Below, piece by piece: positions 1-8,440 of a DNA stretch of 20,122 nt; positions within the stretch are counted from its first letter, which is position 1; each line of letters starts with the position of its first letter. A program made the position numbers and the translations under genes. Under the pieces are notes generated by a model that worked only from the letters and a program-made list of their open reading frames with translations, was not told where the DNA came from and searched no databases. The DNA comes from Candidatus Brocadiia bacterium (GTDB taxonomy: Bacteria > Planctomycetota > Brocadiia > CAIUPP01), in assembly GCA_050015075.1 (NCBI GenBank), contig JBEKCB010000050.1:1-20122 (forward strand), written 5' to 3'.

Positions 1-30
1 CTCCAGCGTCTTTCTCAACACATGCTGCAC
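1..30 (-). CDS. 5' end of a leftward gene running off the window (MQHVLRKTLE...)
   Basis: On the - strand, GGGAGG (39-44) lies 8 nt before GTG (30-28), and the frame is open to position 1. The product cannot be identified from 10 codons. Confidence 0.55.
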   Translation of the reverse strand, partial: MQHVLRKTLE

Positions 31-138
31 GGGCGTGTCCTCCCAAAAGTGTCCTTGAATCCAACCGGAGGATACGCCCTTTTCTTTCTCCCGACAATTT
101 ACACACGATAGGGTACACTACCGCCGCCGGGAATGGAG

Positions 139-167
139 TTGACAGCGACCACTTCGAGGGATACAGT
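139..167 (+). promoter_or_regulatory. sigma70-like promoter for the 320..1861 gene
   Basis: TTGACA (139-144), 17-nt spacer, TACAGT (162-167). Confidence 0.6.
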
Positions 168-319
168 ACCGTGCTGGAAAGCGGCGGCCCAATGGGAAAT
201 CCCGATCAGGAGTTTCGCGGCCTCGGCCGGCTTGAGCTTTTTCCTCCACGACCTTGTGGCGTCGGCCCGACCGCCCGGGAGCTGACCGTTTAGTCAAATC
301 AGGATAGGAGCGCTGGCAT

Positions 320-1861
320 ATGAGCACGACTCTGGGACCGGTGGGTGTGACCTTTGCGGCGGTGATGGGGCTGGCGGCCGTGCTTGCGGGCGGGGCCACG
401 GCCTTCGGGCAGGACGAGAGCTCGCCTCAGGCGCTCCTCGAGCAGACTCTTCGCGATGTCAATTCGACCATCCCCAGGGACGGCGCCGGCGAGCAGTTCG
501 GCTGGGGCATCGGCTATTACGCCCACGGCTTCGTGGACGGCTACGAGCGCACAAAGGACACCGCCTGGCTCGATGCCGGCCAGAAGCTCTTCGACTTCTG
601 CCTGAGCAAGATGCGCACCGGGCCCGACGGGTACAAGGGATGGGTCGGCGATGACCAGTCCGACCGCGGCACCTGGCAGGACAACCACGTCGGCGACGCC
701 GTCGAGTTCGAGCAGATGCTGGGGTTCGCCGAGGTCGTCCTGAAGGACCCCGCGCTGAAGAAGAAGTACGGCGCGGCCGCCCAGAAGTACGTGGACGAGG
801 CCAAGCGCGACCTCTTCGAGAAGTGGGACAAGCGCGGGACGTGGAAGGAAGACCGCGCCTGGGGCTGCTACGTCGGCTGGGACATGGTAACCTCGAAGGC
901 CCACCCCGACGTCTGGAAGAAGGACACCGACCCCTGCATCGCCGAGCCCTTCAATAAAAACAACCACATGGGCGTCTGCGCGCTGCGGCTTTTCCGCGTT
1001 ACCGGCGAGGAGCAATATCGCGACCGGGCCTTCAAGATCTTCGCCTACACCAAGAGCCGATTCCAGTTGGTGGACGAGGGCAACTTCAGCTATTACGTCT
1101 GGAACTACTGGGAACCCTTCGGCCCGGAGAGCGTGGACCTGGCGAAGAAGGACACGCGGCTGTGGATGAACGTTCACGGCGGCCGGCCCTACAATGCCGG
1201 CGAGGTCGGGCAGATGGTCGAGGCGTATAACACCGGCATCGTCTTCGACAAGACCGACATCGAGCGCTTCCTCAACACGAATCTCAAGATCATGTGGAAC
1301 GGCGACAAGGCCCATCCGCATTTCAACATTGCGAACTGGAAGCTGCCCATGGGCGTCGGTCCCGACGGCAAACCGCTTCCCCCGGAAACCAACAGCCCGG
1401 GCGCCCAGCTTTGGACCGGCCTTTCGCAATTCAGCCAGCAGATCCGAGACTTGGAAGGAGGCCACCGCGCCTCCGAGCGTCCCGTCTCCTTCGACCGCCT
1501 CTACTGCGCGGAGAAGGACGCCAAGGTCTTCGACTGGCCCTACTACCATAGCTGCAAGAGCCTGACGGTGGCGGCCGTCATGCCAAGCGTCGTCAAGAAG
1601 GGCGCCTCCACCATCATCCTGTGCAAGTCCCGCATCCCGCAGGATCCCTTCGAGGTGGCGCTCTACAGCGCCGACGGCAAGGACAAGGTCCTGGTGATTC
1701 ATCAGGGCAAGATTGCCGGTGGCCTGGACGGGCACGCGGGAATCTTCATTCTTCCGTGGGACCCCGCCTCCAGCAAGGATAAGCCGCTCAGCGGCGACTA
1801 CCGCGTGCGCTGGACGGGCGTGGACGGCTACCGAGAGTTTCCGGTCACCGTGGCGGAATAG
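320..1861 (+). CDS. Secreted protein of unknown function; probable (alpha/alpha) toroid (six-hairpin glycosidase-like) domain plus C-terminal Ig-like domain
   Basis: 513-aa ORF with GC-ending codons and AGGAG upstream. Signal peptide ends in ATA/AFG-QD. Helical-hairpin motifs YERTKDTAWLD and FRVTGEEQYRDRA are typical of toroid enzymes. The C-terminus WDP...SGDYRVRW...FPVTV is FlgD/Ig-like. The fold call is inference. Confidence 0.75.
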   Translation: MSTTLGPVGVTFAAVMGLAAVLAGGATAFGQDESSPQALLEQTLRDVNSTIPRDGAGEQFGWGIGYYAHGFVDGYERTKDTAWLDAGQKLFDFCLSKMRTGPDGYKGWVGDDQSDRGTWQDNHVGDAVEFEQMLGFAEVVLKDPALKKKYGAAAQKYVDEAKRDLFEKWDKRGTWKEDRAWGCYVGWDMVTSKAHPDVWKKDTDPCIAEPFNKNNHMGVCALRLFRVTGEEQYRDRAFKIFAYTKSRFQLVDEGNFSYYVWNYWEPFGPESVDLAKKDTRLWMNVHGGRPYNAGEVGQMVEAYNTGIVFDKTDIERFLNTNLKIMWNGDKAHPHFNIANWKLPMGVGPDGKPLPPETNSPGAQLWTGLSQFSQQIRDLEGGHRASERPVSFDRLYCAEKDAKVFDWPYYHSCKSLTVAAVMPSVVKKGASTIILCKSRIPQDPFEVALYSADGKDKVLVIHQGKIAGGLDGHAGIFILPWDPASSKDKPLSGDYRVRWTGVDGYREFPVTVAE

Positions 1862-2185
1862 GGGGACGACCTGCGACGATTGCAGCAGGGCGAATCAGGA
1901 TGCGGGCGTTCCCGGGCGGAGGCGGGCGAAGATGCGAGCGCCGCATATCGTCTCTCATCTTCCGATTCGCAGGTCGCCGACGTTCTTCGCAGTAGCGCGG
2001 GCCTGTCTGCAGGATAGACGCCCGCCTGCCTCGACTTTCTCCCGCGCCTCGATCTCGGAAGAATCAGCATCGAATCCTGCACCCGCCACCTCACTGATTC
2101 TCGCACTTTCAGGCGCGCGCGCGGGAAGGGTCCTGGCGTTTTATTTTTCCCCGTGTTCGAAGCCGTCAGGCCGCCGAAAAAGTGC

Positions 2186-2214
2186 TTGACGGAGTGACCT
2201 CCAGTCGTCAGAAT
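2186..2214 (+). promoter_or_regulatory. sigma70-like promoter for sppA
   Basis: TTGACG (2186-2191), 17-nt spacer, CAGAAT (2209-2214), with an A-tract upstream. Confidence 0.6.
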
Positions 2215-2278
2215 ACGGCGTTCGATGCCCGACCGTCATGTGGAGGGCGACCATATGGCAAATTCCAGGGAGATATCC

Positions 2279-4069
2279 ATGACCCGCCAAACTGCCGCAG
2301 GGATTTTCGTGTCCGTGGGGATCGTGCTGGCCCTCTGCGCCGCGCGGCCGTGCCGGGCGGACGAGCCGGCCGCCAAGCCCAAGCCGAAGATCGCCGTCAT
2401 CGCCATCGGCAATGTGCTGACCGAGCGGCCGGCGGCGTTCTCGATCGAGCAACTCTTCGGCGGCGGTTCCAAGACCACCGCCCTGTCGCAGTTGATGGTC
2501 ACGCTCCATAAGGCCGATGACGACGCCAACCTCAGCGGCGTCCTGTTGGACCTGAAGGGCTTCAACCTTTCGCTCGCCCAGGCCCAGGAACTCGGCGGGA
2601 TGGTGCAGAAGTTGCGCGGCGGGAAAAAGGTTTTCGTCTTCGCGCCCGTTTTCACTCCGGCGACTTACGTCCTGGCCACGAACGCGGAGGCCATCCTGAT
2701 GCCCGAGCAGGGCAGCGTGCTGATCCCCGGCGTGGACCTCGGCATGATGTTTTTCAAGGGCCTTCTCGACAAGATCGGCGTCCAGGCCGACACGATGCAG
2801 ATAGGCAAGTACAAGGGCGCGGAGGAGCCGTTCACGCGCACGGAGGCCAGCCCCGAGTTCAAAGAGCAGATGACGAAGATCGCGGACGGCCTGTACGGGC
2901 AGATGGTCCAAGCCCTCTCGGTCAACCGCAAGCTCGGTCAGGACAAAGCGGCGGCCGCCATAGACCAGGCCTGGTTCACCGGCCGCCAGGCGAAGGAGGC
3001 CGGCCTGGTGGACGGCCTGCTCATCCGTGATGAGCTGAAGGACTGGCTGGACAAACGCTTCTCCACCGAAGTGGAAATGCTGGCCGATTACGGCAAGGAG
3101 GCCCGCAAGGGCCTCGATCTCTCCAATCCCTTTGCCTTTTTCTCGGTCTTGCTGGCGGAGCGGTCGGCGGCAACGAACAAGAAGCCGGCCATCGCGGTGA
3201 TCTACGCCGACGCCGTCATCATGGACGATCTGGCCGAGGACACCGGCCTGAGCGGCGGCGCGGTCACCCCCGCGCGCATGCGCATGGTCCTGCGCAAGGC
3301 GCTCGACGACGCGCGGGTGAAGGCCATCGTTCTGCGCGTGGACTCGCCCGGCGGCAGCGCGCCCGCCAGCGACGAGATCTGGAAGATGTTCCGCGAGGCC
3401 GACCGGACCAAGCCGGTGACGGTTTCCATGGGCCGGATCGCCGCCAGCGGCGGCTATTATATCGCGTGCGCCGGCCGGGACATCTCCGCGGATGAGGCGA
3501 CGCTCACCGGCTCCATCGGCGTCGTGGGAGGAAAACTGGTACTCCGGCAGCTCATGGATAAGATCGGCGTGAATATCCAGGAGATCGCCCGCGGCAAGAA
3601 CGCCACCCTCTTCAGCCCGATGCAACCCTTCGACGCCGACGGCCGCGCCCTGGTGCGCAAACAGATGGAGGAGATCTACGCGCGGTTCACCGATTGCGTC
3701 CAATCCGCGCGCGGCCGGAAGATCGCGAACATTGACGACGTGGCGCAGGGGCGGCTTTTCACCGGCGCCGACGCATTGAAGGCGGGACTGGTGGATCGCA
3801 TCGCGAGCCTGGACCAGACGGTGCTGGCGGCCGCGGCGTCCGCGGGGATTGACAAGGACTATCAGGTGCTCACGCTGCCGGAGCCGAAGAACTTCGCCGA
3901 CCTGATTCGCGAAGGGCTCGGCCAAACACTCGTGCCCCTGGAGATGCAGGAGGCGCTCGCCGCGATGCCCGCGCCCATGCGGCAGGCGACGACCGATATC
4001 CTCCTCATGTGCCAGTCTCTCCAGCCGCAGCATGTCTTGCTGGCGCTGCCGGGCATTGTGGAGAGATGA
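2279..4069 (+). CDS. sppA: Signal peptide peptidase SppA (peptidase S49, two-domain 67K type)
   Basis: Motifs GKYKGAEEPF (catalytic Lys region), VKAIVLRVDSPGGS, SMGRIAASGGYYIA (catalytic Ser), TLTGSIGV, AQGRLFTG and GLVD. Start placed at ATG 2279 (GGGAG upstream); ATG 2255 (GGAGG upstream) is an alternative. N-terminal signal ends in CRA-DE. Confidence 0.93.
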   Translation: MTRQTAAGIFVSVGIVLALCAARPCRADEPAAKPKPKIAVIAIGNVLTERPAAFSIEQLFGGGSKTTALSQLMVTLHKADDDANLSGVLLDLKGFNLSLAQAQELGGMVQKLRGGKKVFVFAPVFTPATYVLATNAEAILMPEQGSVLIPGVDLGMMFFKGLLDKIGVQADTMQIGKYKGAEEPFTRTEASPEFKEQMTKIADGLYGQMVQALSVNRKLGQDKAAAAIDQAWFTGRQAKEAGLVDGLLIRDELKDWLDKRFSTEVEMLADYGKEARKGLDLSNPFAFFSVLLAERSAATNKKPAIAVIYADAVIMDDLAEDTGLSGGAVTPARMRMVLRKALDDARVKAIVLRVDSPGGSAPASDEIWKMFREADRTKPVTVSMGRIAASGGYYIACAGRDISADEATLTGSIGVVGGKLVLRQLMDKIGVNIQEIARGKNATLFSPMQPFDADGRALVRKQMEEIYARFTDCVQSARGRKIANIDDVAQGRLFTGADALKAGLVDRIASLDQTVLAAAASAGIDKDYQVLTLPEPKNFADLIREGLGQTLVPLEMQEALAAMPAPMRQATTDILLMCQSLQPQHVLLALPGIVER

Positions 4070-4070
4070 G

Positions 4071-6314
4071 ATGAGAAAACAATGGATGCTCTGCCTGTCG
4101 GTATTATCGCTCTTATCGTATCCGTCCGGGGAAATGCAGGCGAATGCGGCGATGGAGGGGAACCCGACTCATCCGTATCTCTATTTCACCCTGGCGGATG
4201 TCCCCAGGCTGAGGCAGGCCGCCGCCACCACGCATAAGGCGTATTTCGACAACCTGAAAAAATGGGCGGACAAATTTATCGGTTTTGATCCCCTTCCACC
4301 GGCCTCCTTGCCGACGAACATTGACACCATGCAGATCTATTGCGAAAACAGCGCATCCTACATTTTCGATATGGCGCTGACCTACCAATTGACCGGGGAC
4401 GCCGCCTACCTGCAGGCGGCGAAAAAATGGCTGCTGACCTTCGGCGACTATCCTGCGGACATCAACGGCAACTATTGCATCGGCGCCTATGCGGTGGCGG
4501 TGGCCAGCGGTTACGACATGCTCTACAACGACCTGACGCCGGCGCAACGGAGCCGGCTCAGCGAGCATCTTGCCGCCATCGTCCAGCGAGGCGTGAAGGG
4601 TACGACCACGGACTGGTGGGGCGGCATATCCCTCAGCCACGACCATTGGATGCCTGTCGCCGGACTCGGCGTCGGGGCGGCCGCGCTCTATTATGAAAAC
4701 GACTCGGGTCCCAAGTGGCTCGACTTTTTTAAGAACATGATGAAAAATGACATGAACATCGTCGGGGATGACGGGGCCTGGACCGAGGGGGCATCGAACT
4801 GGGTCTATGCCATGTGCCTGACCTACGTGCTCTTCGACGTGAACAAAAGGGTAACCGGAGAGGACCTGTTCCAGACGCCCATGGCGAAAAACGCCATTGC
4901 CTACCGGATGTACAACTGGCTGCCGGACAATACCTATATTGACCACCACGATTCGTTTCTCGACGGCCGGTATAACGTGATGGGCGCCGCCTCGTGCCAC
5001 CTTCTGCACAAGCTGGCCCATGAGCAGAAAGACGGTCACGCCCAGTGGCTGGCGGACCAGGAGGAGATCCTGGATCTCAGCTTGCTGACCCAGAACAAGA
5101 CCATCAAGAGCGACTGGACTGTCAGCAAGAATTCGATGGTGCCGGCGCTGCACTGCGTGGGCTGGAATTTTCTGTGGTACGATCCGACTGTGGCGGCCAC
5201 TCCGCCCGACGATCTGCCCACGTACCGTTGTTTCGCCAATCAGGGACTCTATATCATGCGGACGGGCTGGCGGAAAACGGATGTGGTCTGCGCCTTTACC
5301 TGCGCGCCCGTGGGAGGTCATGGCGCCCGGAAAGCCGTCCTGGCCGGCAACACAGCCCTGTTGGCCAACTATGGGCACGTCCATGCCCAGGCCAACAGTT
5401 TCGCCATCTACTGCAACGGCAATTTTCTGGCCGTCCCGCCGAGCTACGGCCAACTGGAGAGCAACCTCCACAGTACGCTCACCATCGAAGGCGCCCACCA
5501 GCAGCGGAACCCGCGATATGACGCGAATCTATTGAAGGCCGACCGGCAGCCGGAATATACCTATCTGGTGGGCGACGCCACGGCGTGCTATCCCGAGTCC
5601 ATCCATCTCGATCGCTGGTATCGCCACCTCGCGTTTTTACCGCCGAACATCTTTGTCGTCGGCGATGAGCTGCGGGTGTCCCAGACTTCCGCCGCCAACC
5701 GCCCGACCAAGTGGCACCTGGACTACAATCCCGACTATGCGGCGACCGTTGATTCCGCCAACCAGGTGATCAATGTCACAGGCGTAAGCGCCGCCTTGAA
5801 TGCCAAGATCCTTTACCCGGCGAACTTGACGTATGAAAACGCCGAGGTCGGCTGGTTTGCGAAACAGGTATCCGCCTCAATCAATAATCTTTTCGCCGCC
5901 GGCAAGGAAGAGCAGATCGTGGCGGTGCTCACGGCGCTCTCCAGCGGCACGGCCGCCGCGCCCGTCTCCCGCCTGGTCAGGGGCGAAAATGCCGTGGGCG
6001 CCGTAGTGGACAGCGGCGCCACCAGCCGGGCCGCCGTTTTTTGCATCAATACCGACGCCGGAGCGGATTCCCTGACGAGGAATTTCGATCTGCCGGCCCA
6101 GACCGCCGCCACCTGCTACCTTTTTTCACTCCAGCCGAATACGGGCTACGATGTGTCGGTTTCCGCCCGGCCCGGCGCGAACGGCTTGACGCTGTACACC
6201 TTCGCCGTTCACAAAGGCCGGATGCAGACGACCAATACGGAAGGCACCCTGGTCATACGGCTGAGCGGCGCGCGGCCCAAAAACCCGGTCCTGGGCCCGC
6301 TGGAGACACCCTGA
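4071..6314 (+). CDS. Secreted DUF4962 / heparinase II/III-family polysaccharide-lyase-like protein (paralogue 1)
   Basis: ATG lies 1 nt after the sppA stop. Signal peptide MRKQWMLCLSVLSLLS...ANA. Motifs HPYLYF, YDMLY, HDHW, DGAWTEG, FLWYDP, GLYIMRTGW, HVHAQANSF, HSTLTIEG, GDATACYP, and R..AFL...FVVGDEL. Confidence 0.82.
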   Translation: MRKQWMLCLSVLSLLSYPSGEMQANAAMEGNPTHPYLYFTLADVPRLRQAAATTHKAYFDNLKKWADKFIGFDPLPPASLPTNIDTMQIYCENSASYIFDMALTYQLTGDAAYLQAAKKWLLTFGDYPADINGNYCIGAYAVAVASGYDMLYNDLTPAQRSRLSEHLAAIVQRGVKGTTTDWWGGISLSHDHWMPVAGLGVGAAALYYENDSGPKWLDFFKNMMKNDMNIVGDDGAWTEGASNWVYAMCLTYVLFDVNKRVTGEDLFQTPMAKNAIAYRMYNWLPDNTYIDHHDSFLDGRYNVMGAASCHLLHKLAHEQKDGHAQWLADQEEILDLSLLTQNKTIKSDWTVSKNSMVPALHCVGWNFLWYDPTVAATPPDDLPTYRCFANQGLYIMRTGWRKTDVVCAFTCAPVGGHGARKAVLAGNTALLANYGHVHAQANSFAIYCNGNFLAVPPSYGQLESNLHSTLTIEGAHQQRNPRYDANLLKADRQPEYTYLVGDATACYPESIHLDRWYRHLAFLPPNIFVVGDELRVSQTSAANRPTKWHLDYNPDYAATVDSANQVINVTGVSAALNAKILYPANLTYENAEVGWFAKQVSASINNLFAAGKEEQIVAVLTALSSGTAAAPVSRLVRGENAVGAVVDSGATSRAAVFCINTDAGADSLTRNFDLPAQTAATCYLFSLQPNTGYDVSVSARPGANGLTLYTFAVHKGRMQTTNTEGTLVIRLSGARPKNPVLGPLETP

Positions 6315-6341
6315 AAAGACGGGCACACTTGCCGATCTTTT
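6314..6341. terminator. Probable bidirectional intrinsic terminator between convergent genes
   Basis: AAAAGA-CG-GGCA-cact-TGCC-GA-TCTTTT is an imperfect hairpin flanked by A and T tracts. It fills the gap between the two stop codons. Confidence 0.5.
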
Positions 6342-8191
6342 CATTTCGGCACAAACTTCTGAATCCGACTGTTCAGCGTATCCAGCACATAAACATTGCC
6401 ATCGTTGTCAACGACAACCTGCGTGGGCTTTGCAAATTCACCTTCCCCGTCGCCAAACTTTCCCCAGGCGCAGATGAACTTGCCGTCCGAGTCAAACTTC
6501 TGTATTCTGTCATTGTCCCTGTCACCAACAAAGACGTTGCCGGCCTTGTCCAGGGTGATCGGCAGGAAGCCGTCCATAGGCATGAATTCCCCGGCTTTAT
6601 CTCCTTTGCTTCCCCACTTGCATAAGAACCGTCCGTCCTTATCGAACTTCTGGATGCGACAGTTGCTCAACTCCGCCACATATACGCAGCCGGTATTCTT
6701 GTCCACAGCAAGTCCGCAGGGCTCGTTGAATTCCCCATCTCCGTCGCCCTTTTTCCCCCACTTGAACAGAAACTTTCCATCCGCATCGAACTTTTGAATG
6801 CGGTGATTCTCCTTATCGGCAACATAAATGTTTCCCTGTTTATCCGCCGCCAACCAGCAGCCGTTTCCGAAGTGAAATTCGCCATCCCCGTCTCCGTCTT
6901 TGCCCCACTGAGACAGAAAGTTCCCTTGCAGATCATATTTTCTAATGTGGCCGCCGTAATTCTGAATGTAGACATAGCCGGGTTCGGTGATTGTAATCCC
7001 GACCGGGAAATCCAATCCAGTGTCCTTCCAGTGAGAAATGTAGTTTCCATTAGTATCATATTTCAAAATGCGGTCCGTGCCGGAATCGGTCAGATACAAA
7101 TACCCTGCTGGATCCATAGCCGCGCCGTACGGCCAGTGGACGCGTCCGCCCTCTTTACTGCCCGTGCTCCAGCAATCTACGAAATCTCCCTGGGCATTGC
7201 AGCGTCGAACGAAAAATCCCCAGGCTTCCGTCGTATAGAGGTTTCCCGCGCCGTCGCAGGCAATCCCGGCAACATTGTCGAAGTCCATGCGCCTGGCGTT
7301 CTTTGCTTTGCCCCAGGCCATCACAAAGTTGCCCTGTGAATCAAATTTCTGGATGCGGTCAAGTTCGTTTTTCGCCTCGCCTCGATCAGCGACATAGACA
7401 TTATTCATTTTGTCCACGGCGATTGCCCCCGGCTTGGTAAACTGCCCGTCGTCTGTGCCGGTCCGGCCCCATTTCGCTGAAACGTGCAATCCGGAATCAA
7501 ACTTCTGGACGCGGTCGTTCCCCGAATCGCTGACATAGATGTTGCCCGCGTCATCTATGGCGATCCCGGCCGGTGTATCAAATTGACCGTCGGCGGCGCC
7601 CTTGCTGCCCCATTGGGTTATGAAACTCCCGTCGGCGGCGAATTCCTGGACCCTGTGGTTCTGCGAATCCACTACATAGACATTTCCGGCGCGGTCTGTG
7701 GCGATACCATCGGCCACGGAAGGGTACAGTCCAAACTCACCATCTCCAGCGCCCGATTTCCCCCAGCAGCGCAACAACTCTCCTTTGCGATCGTATTCGG
7801 CGACCATATTCGGCCCGCCTCGATAGAGCACATAAATATTGCCCTGCTTGTCAATAGCGACACTCATTGGGTTTGTTTCCGCTCTGACTCCCAGGGCGCC
7901 CAGGACTTCTCCCTTATTATTCATCTTGATAATAAGATGCATGCCGTCAAGCACGTAAATATTATCGCTGCTATCCACTGCCACACCCGCCGGGAAATAA
8001 AAGTACCATGGCTGCGGCGGTCTGGGCCAGAAGTTGTCGAAGACATATTGTGTGGCGTCAAAGGGACTTTTCCGCTGCTCTGGGGTATTCACCTGTGCGA
8101 CGGTTTCAGATTGACATGCGACAGCAGCGGCAAGCAGCACCACAAGCGCAATACCTAAGCTCCGAGCCCGGCAACTCCCTGTCACACCCAT
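6341..8191 (-). CDS. NHL-repeat lipoprotein, 12 repeats (two six-bladed beta-propellers)
   Basis: I count twelve F..P.GIAVD..GNIYV.D..N.RIQKFD-type repeats with WGK.G.GDGEF linkers. GGAGG precedes ATG 8191; TTG 8236 is an alternative start. Hydrophobic signal ends in lipobox-like AVAC. Confidence 0.9.
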   Translation of the reverse strand: MGVTGSCRARSLGIALVVLLAAAVACQSETVAQVNTPEQRKSPFDATQYVFDNFWPRPPQPWYFYFPAGVAVDSSDNIYVLDGMHLIIKMNNKGEVLGALGVRAETNPMSVAIDKQGNIYVLYRGGPNMVAEYDRKGELLRCWGKSGAGDGEFGLYPSVADGIATDRAGNVYVVDSQNHRVQEFAADGSFITQWGSKGAADGQFDTPAGIAIDDAGNIYVSDSGNDRVQKFDSGLHVSAKWGRTGTDDGQFTKPGAIAVDKMNNVYVADRGEAKNELDRIQKFDSQGNFVMAWGKAKNARRMDFDNVAGIACDGAGNLYTTEAWGFFVRRCNAQGDFVDCWSTGSKEGGRVHWPYGAAMDPAGYLYLTDSGTDRILKYDTNGNYISHWKDTGLDFPVGITITEPGYVYIQNYGGHIRKYDLQGNFLSQWGKDGDGDGEFHFGNGCWLAADKQGNIYVADKENHRIQKFDADGKFLFKWGKKGDGDGEFNEPCGLAVDKNTGCVYVAELSNCRIQKFDKDGRFLCKWGSKGDKAGEFMPMDGFLPITLDKAGNVFVGDRDNDRIQKFDSDGKFICAWGKFGDGEGEFAKPTQVVVDNDGNVYVLDTLNSRIQKFVPK

Positions 8192-8299
8192 GGATTCCCT
8201 CCAGTGCACCTTGGCAATGGTCCGGCACTTCGTCAACCGATCAATCCGGGACTTCCCATTTAACTGTCCTCCAAAGGACAGTCACGTTGCGAACGCGAG

Positions 8300-8327
8300 A
8301 TTGTACTCCTGAACTGTCTGCTGTCAA
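8300..8327 (-). promoter_or_regulatory. sigma70-like promoter for the NHL gene
   Basis: On the - strand: TTGACA (8327-8322), 16-nt spacer, TACAAT (8305-8300). Confidence 0.6.
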
Positions 8328-8411
8328 GCACTTTCTCTTCTGTTCGAGACCCTTGCCGAGCCGGACCACCACGATCGGACTCATGGCATGTTTCTCCAGG
8401 CTCCGTACACC

Positions 8412-8440
8412 TTGCGCAAAAAGCTCTAACGGTGTATGCT
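8412..8440 (+). promoter_or_regulatory. sigma70-like promoter for the radical SAM gene
   Basis: TTGCGC (8412-8417), 17-nt spacer, TATGCT (8435-8440). It is bracketed by an inverted repeat, TACACC (8406-8411) and GGTGTA (8431-8436). Confidence 0.45.

Noticed and set aside
168-319. About 150-nt leader with a GGGAAATCCC mini-hairpin, considered as a cobalamin or c-di-GMP riboswitch
   Set aside because: I could not find the B12-box or the GEMM consensus elements. An Rfam scan would be needed.
4032-4070. ORF-track N-terminal extension of lyase 1 overlapping sppA (similarly 12864-12947 and 17858-18076)
   Set aside because: The downstream ATGs at 4071, 12948 and 18077 have an SD or translational coupling and give proper signal peptides or family N-termini.
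6341-8191. Recurrent nucleotide motifs (e.g. AACTTCTG, CCCCA) considered as a CRISPR array or DNA tandem repeat
   Set aside because: They are degenerate and explained by the NHL protein repeats (RIQKFD, WG). There is no constant repeat-spacer structure.
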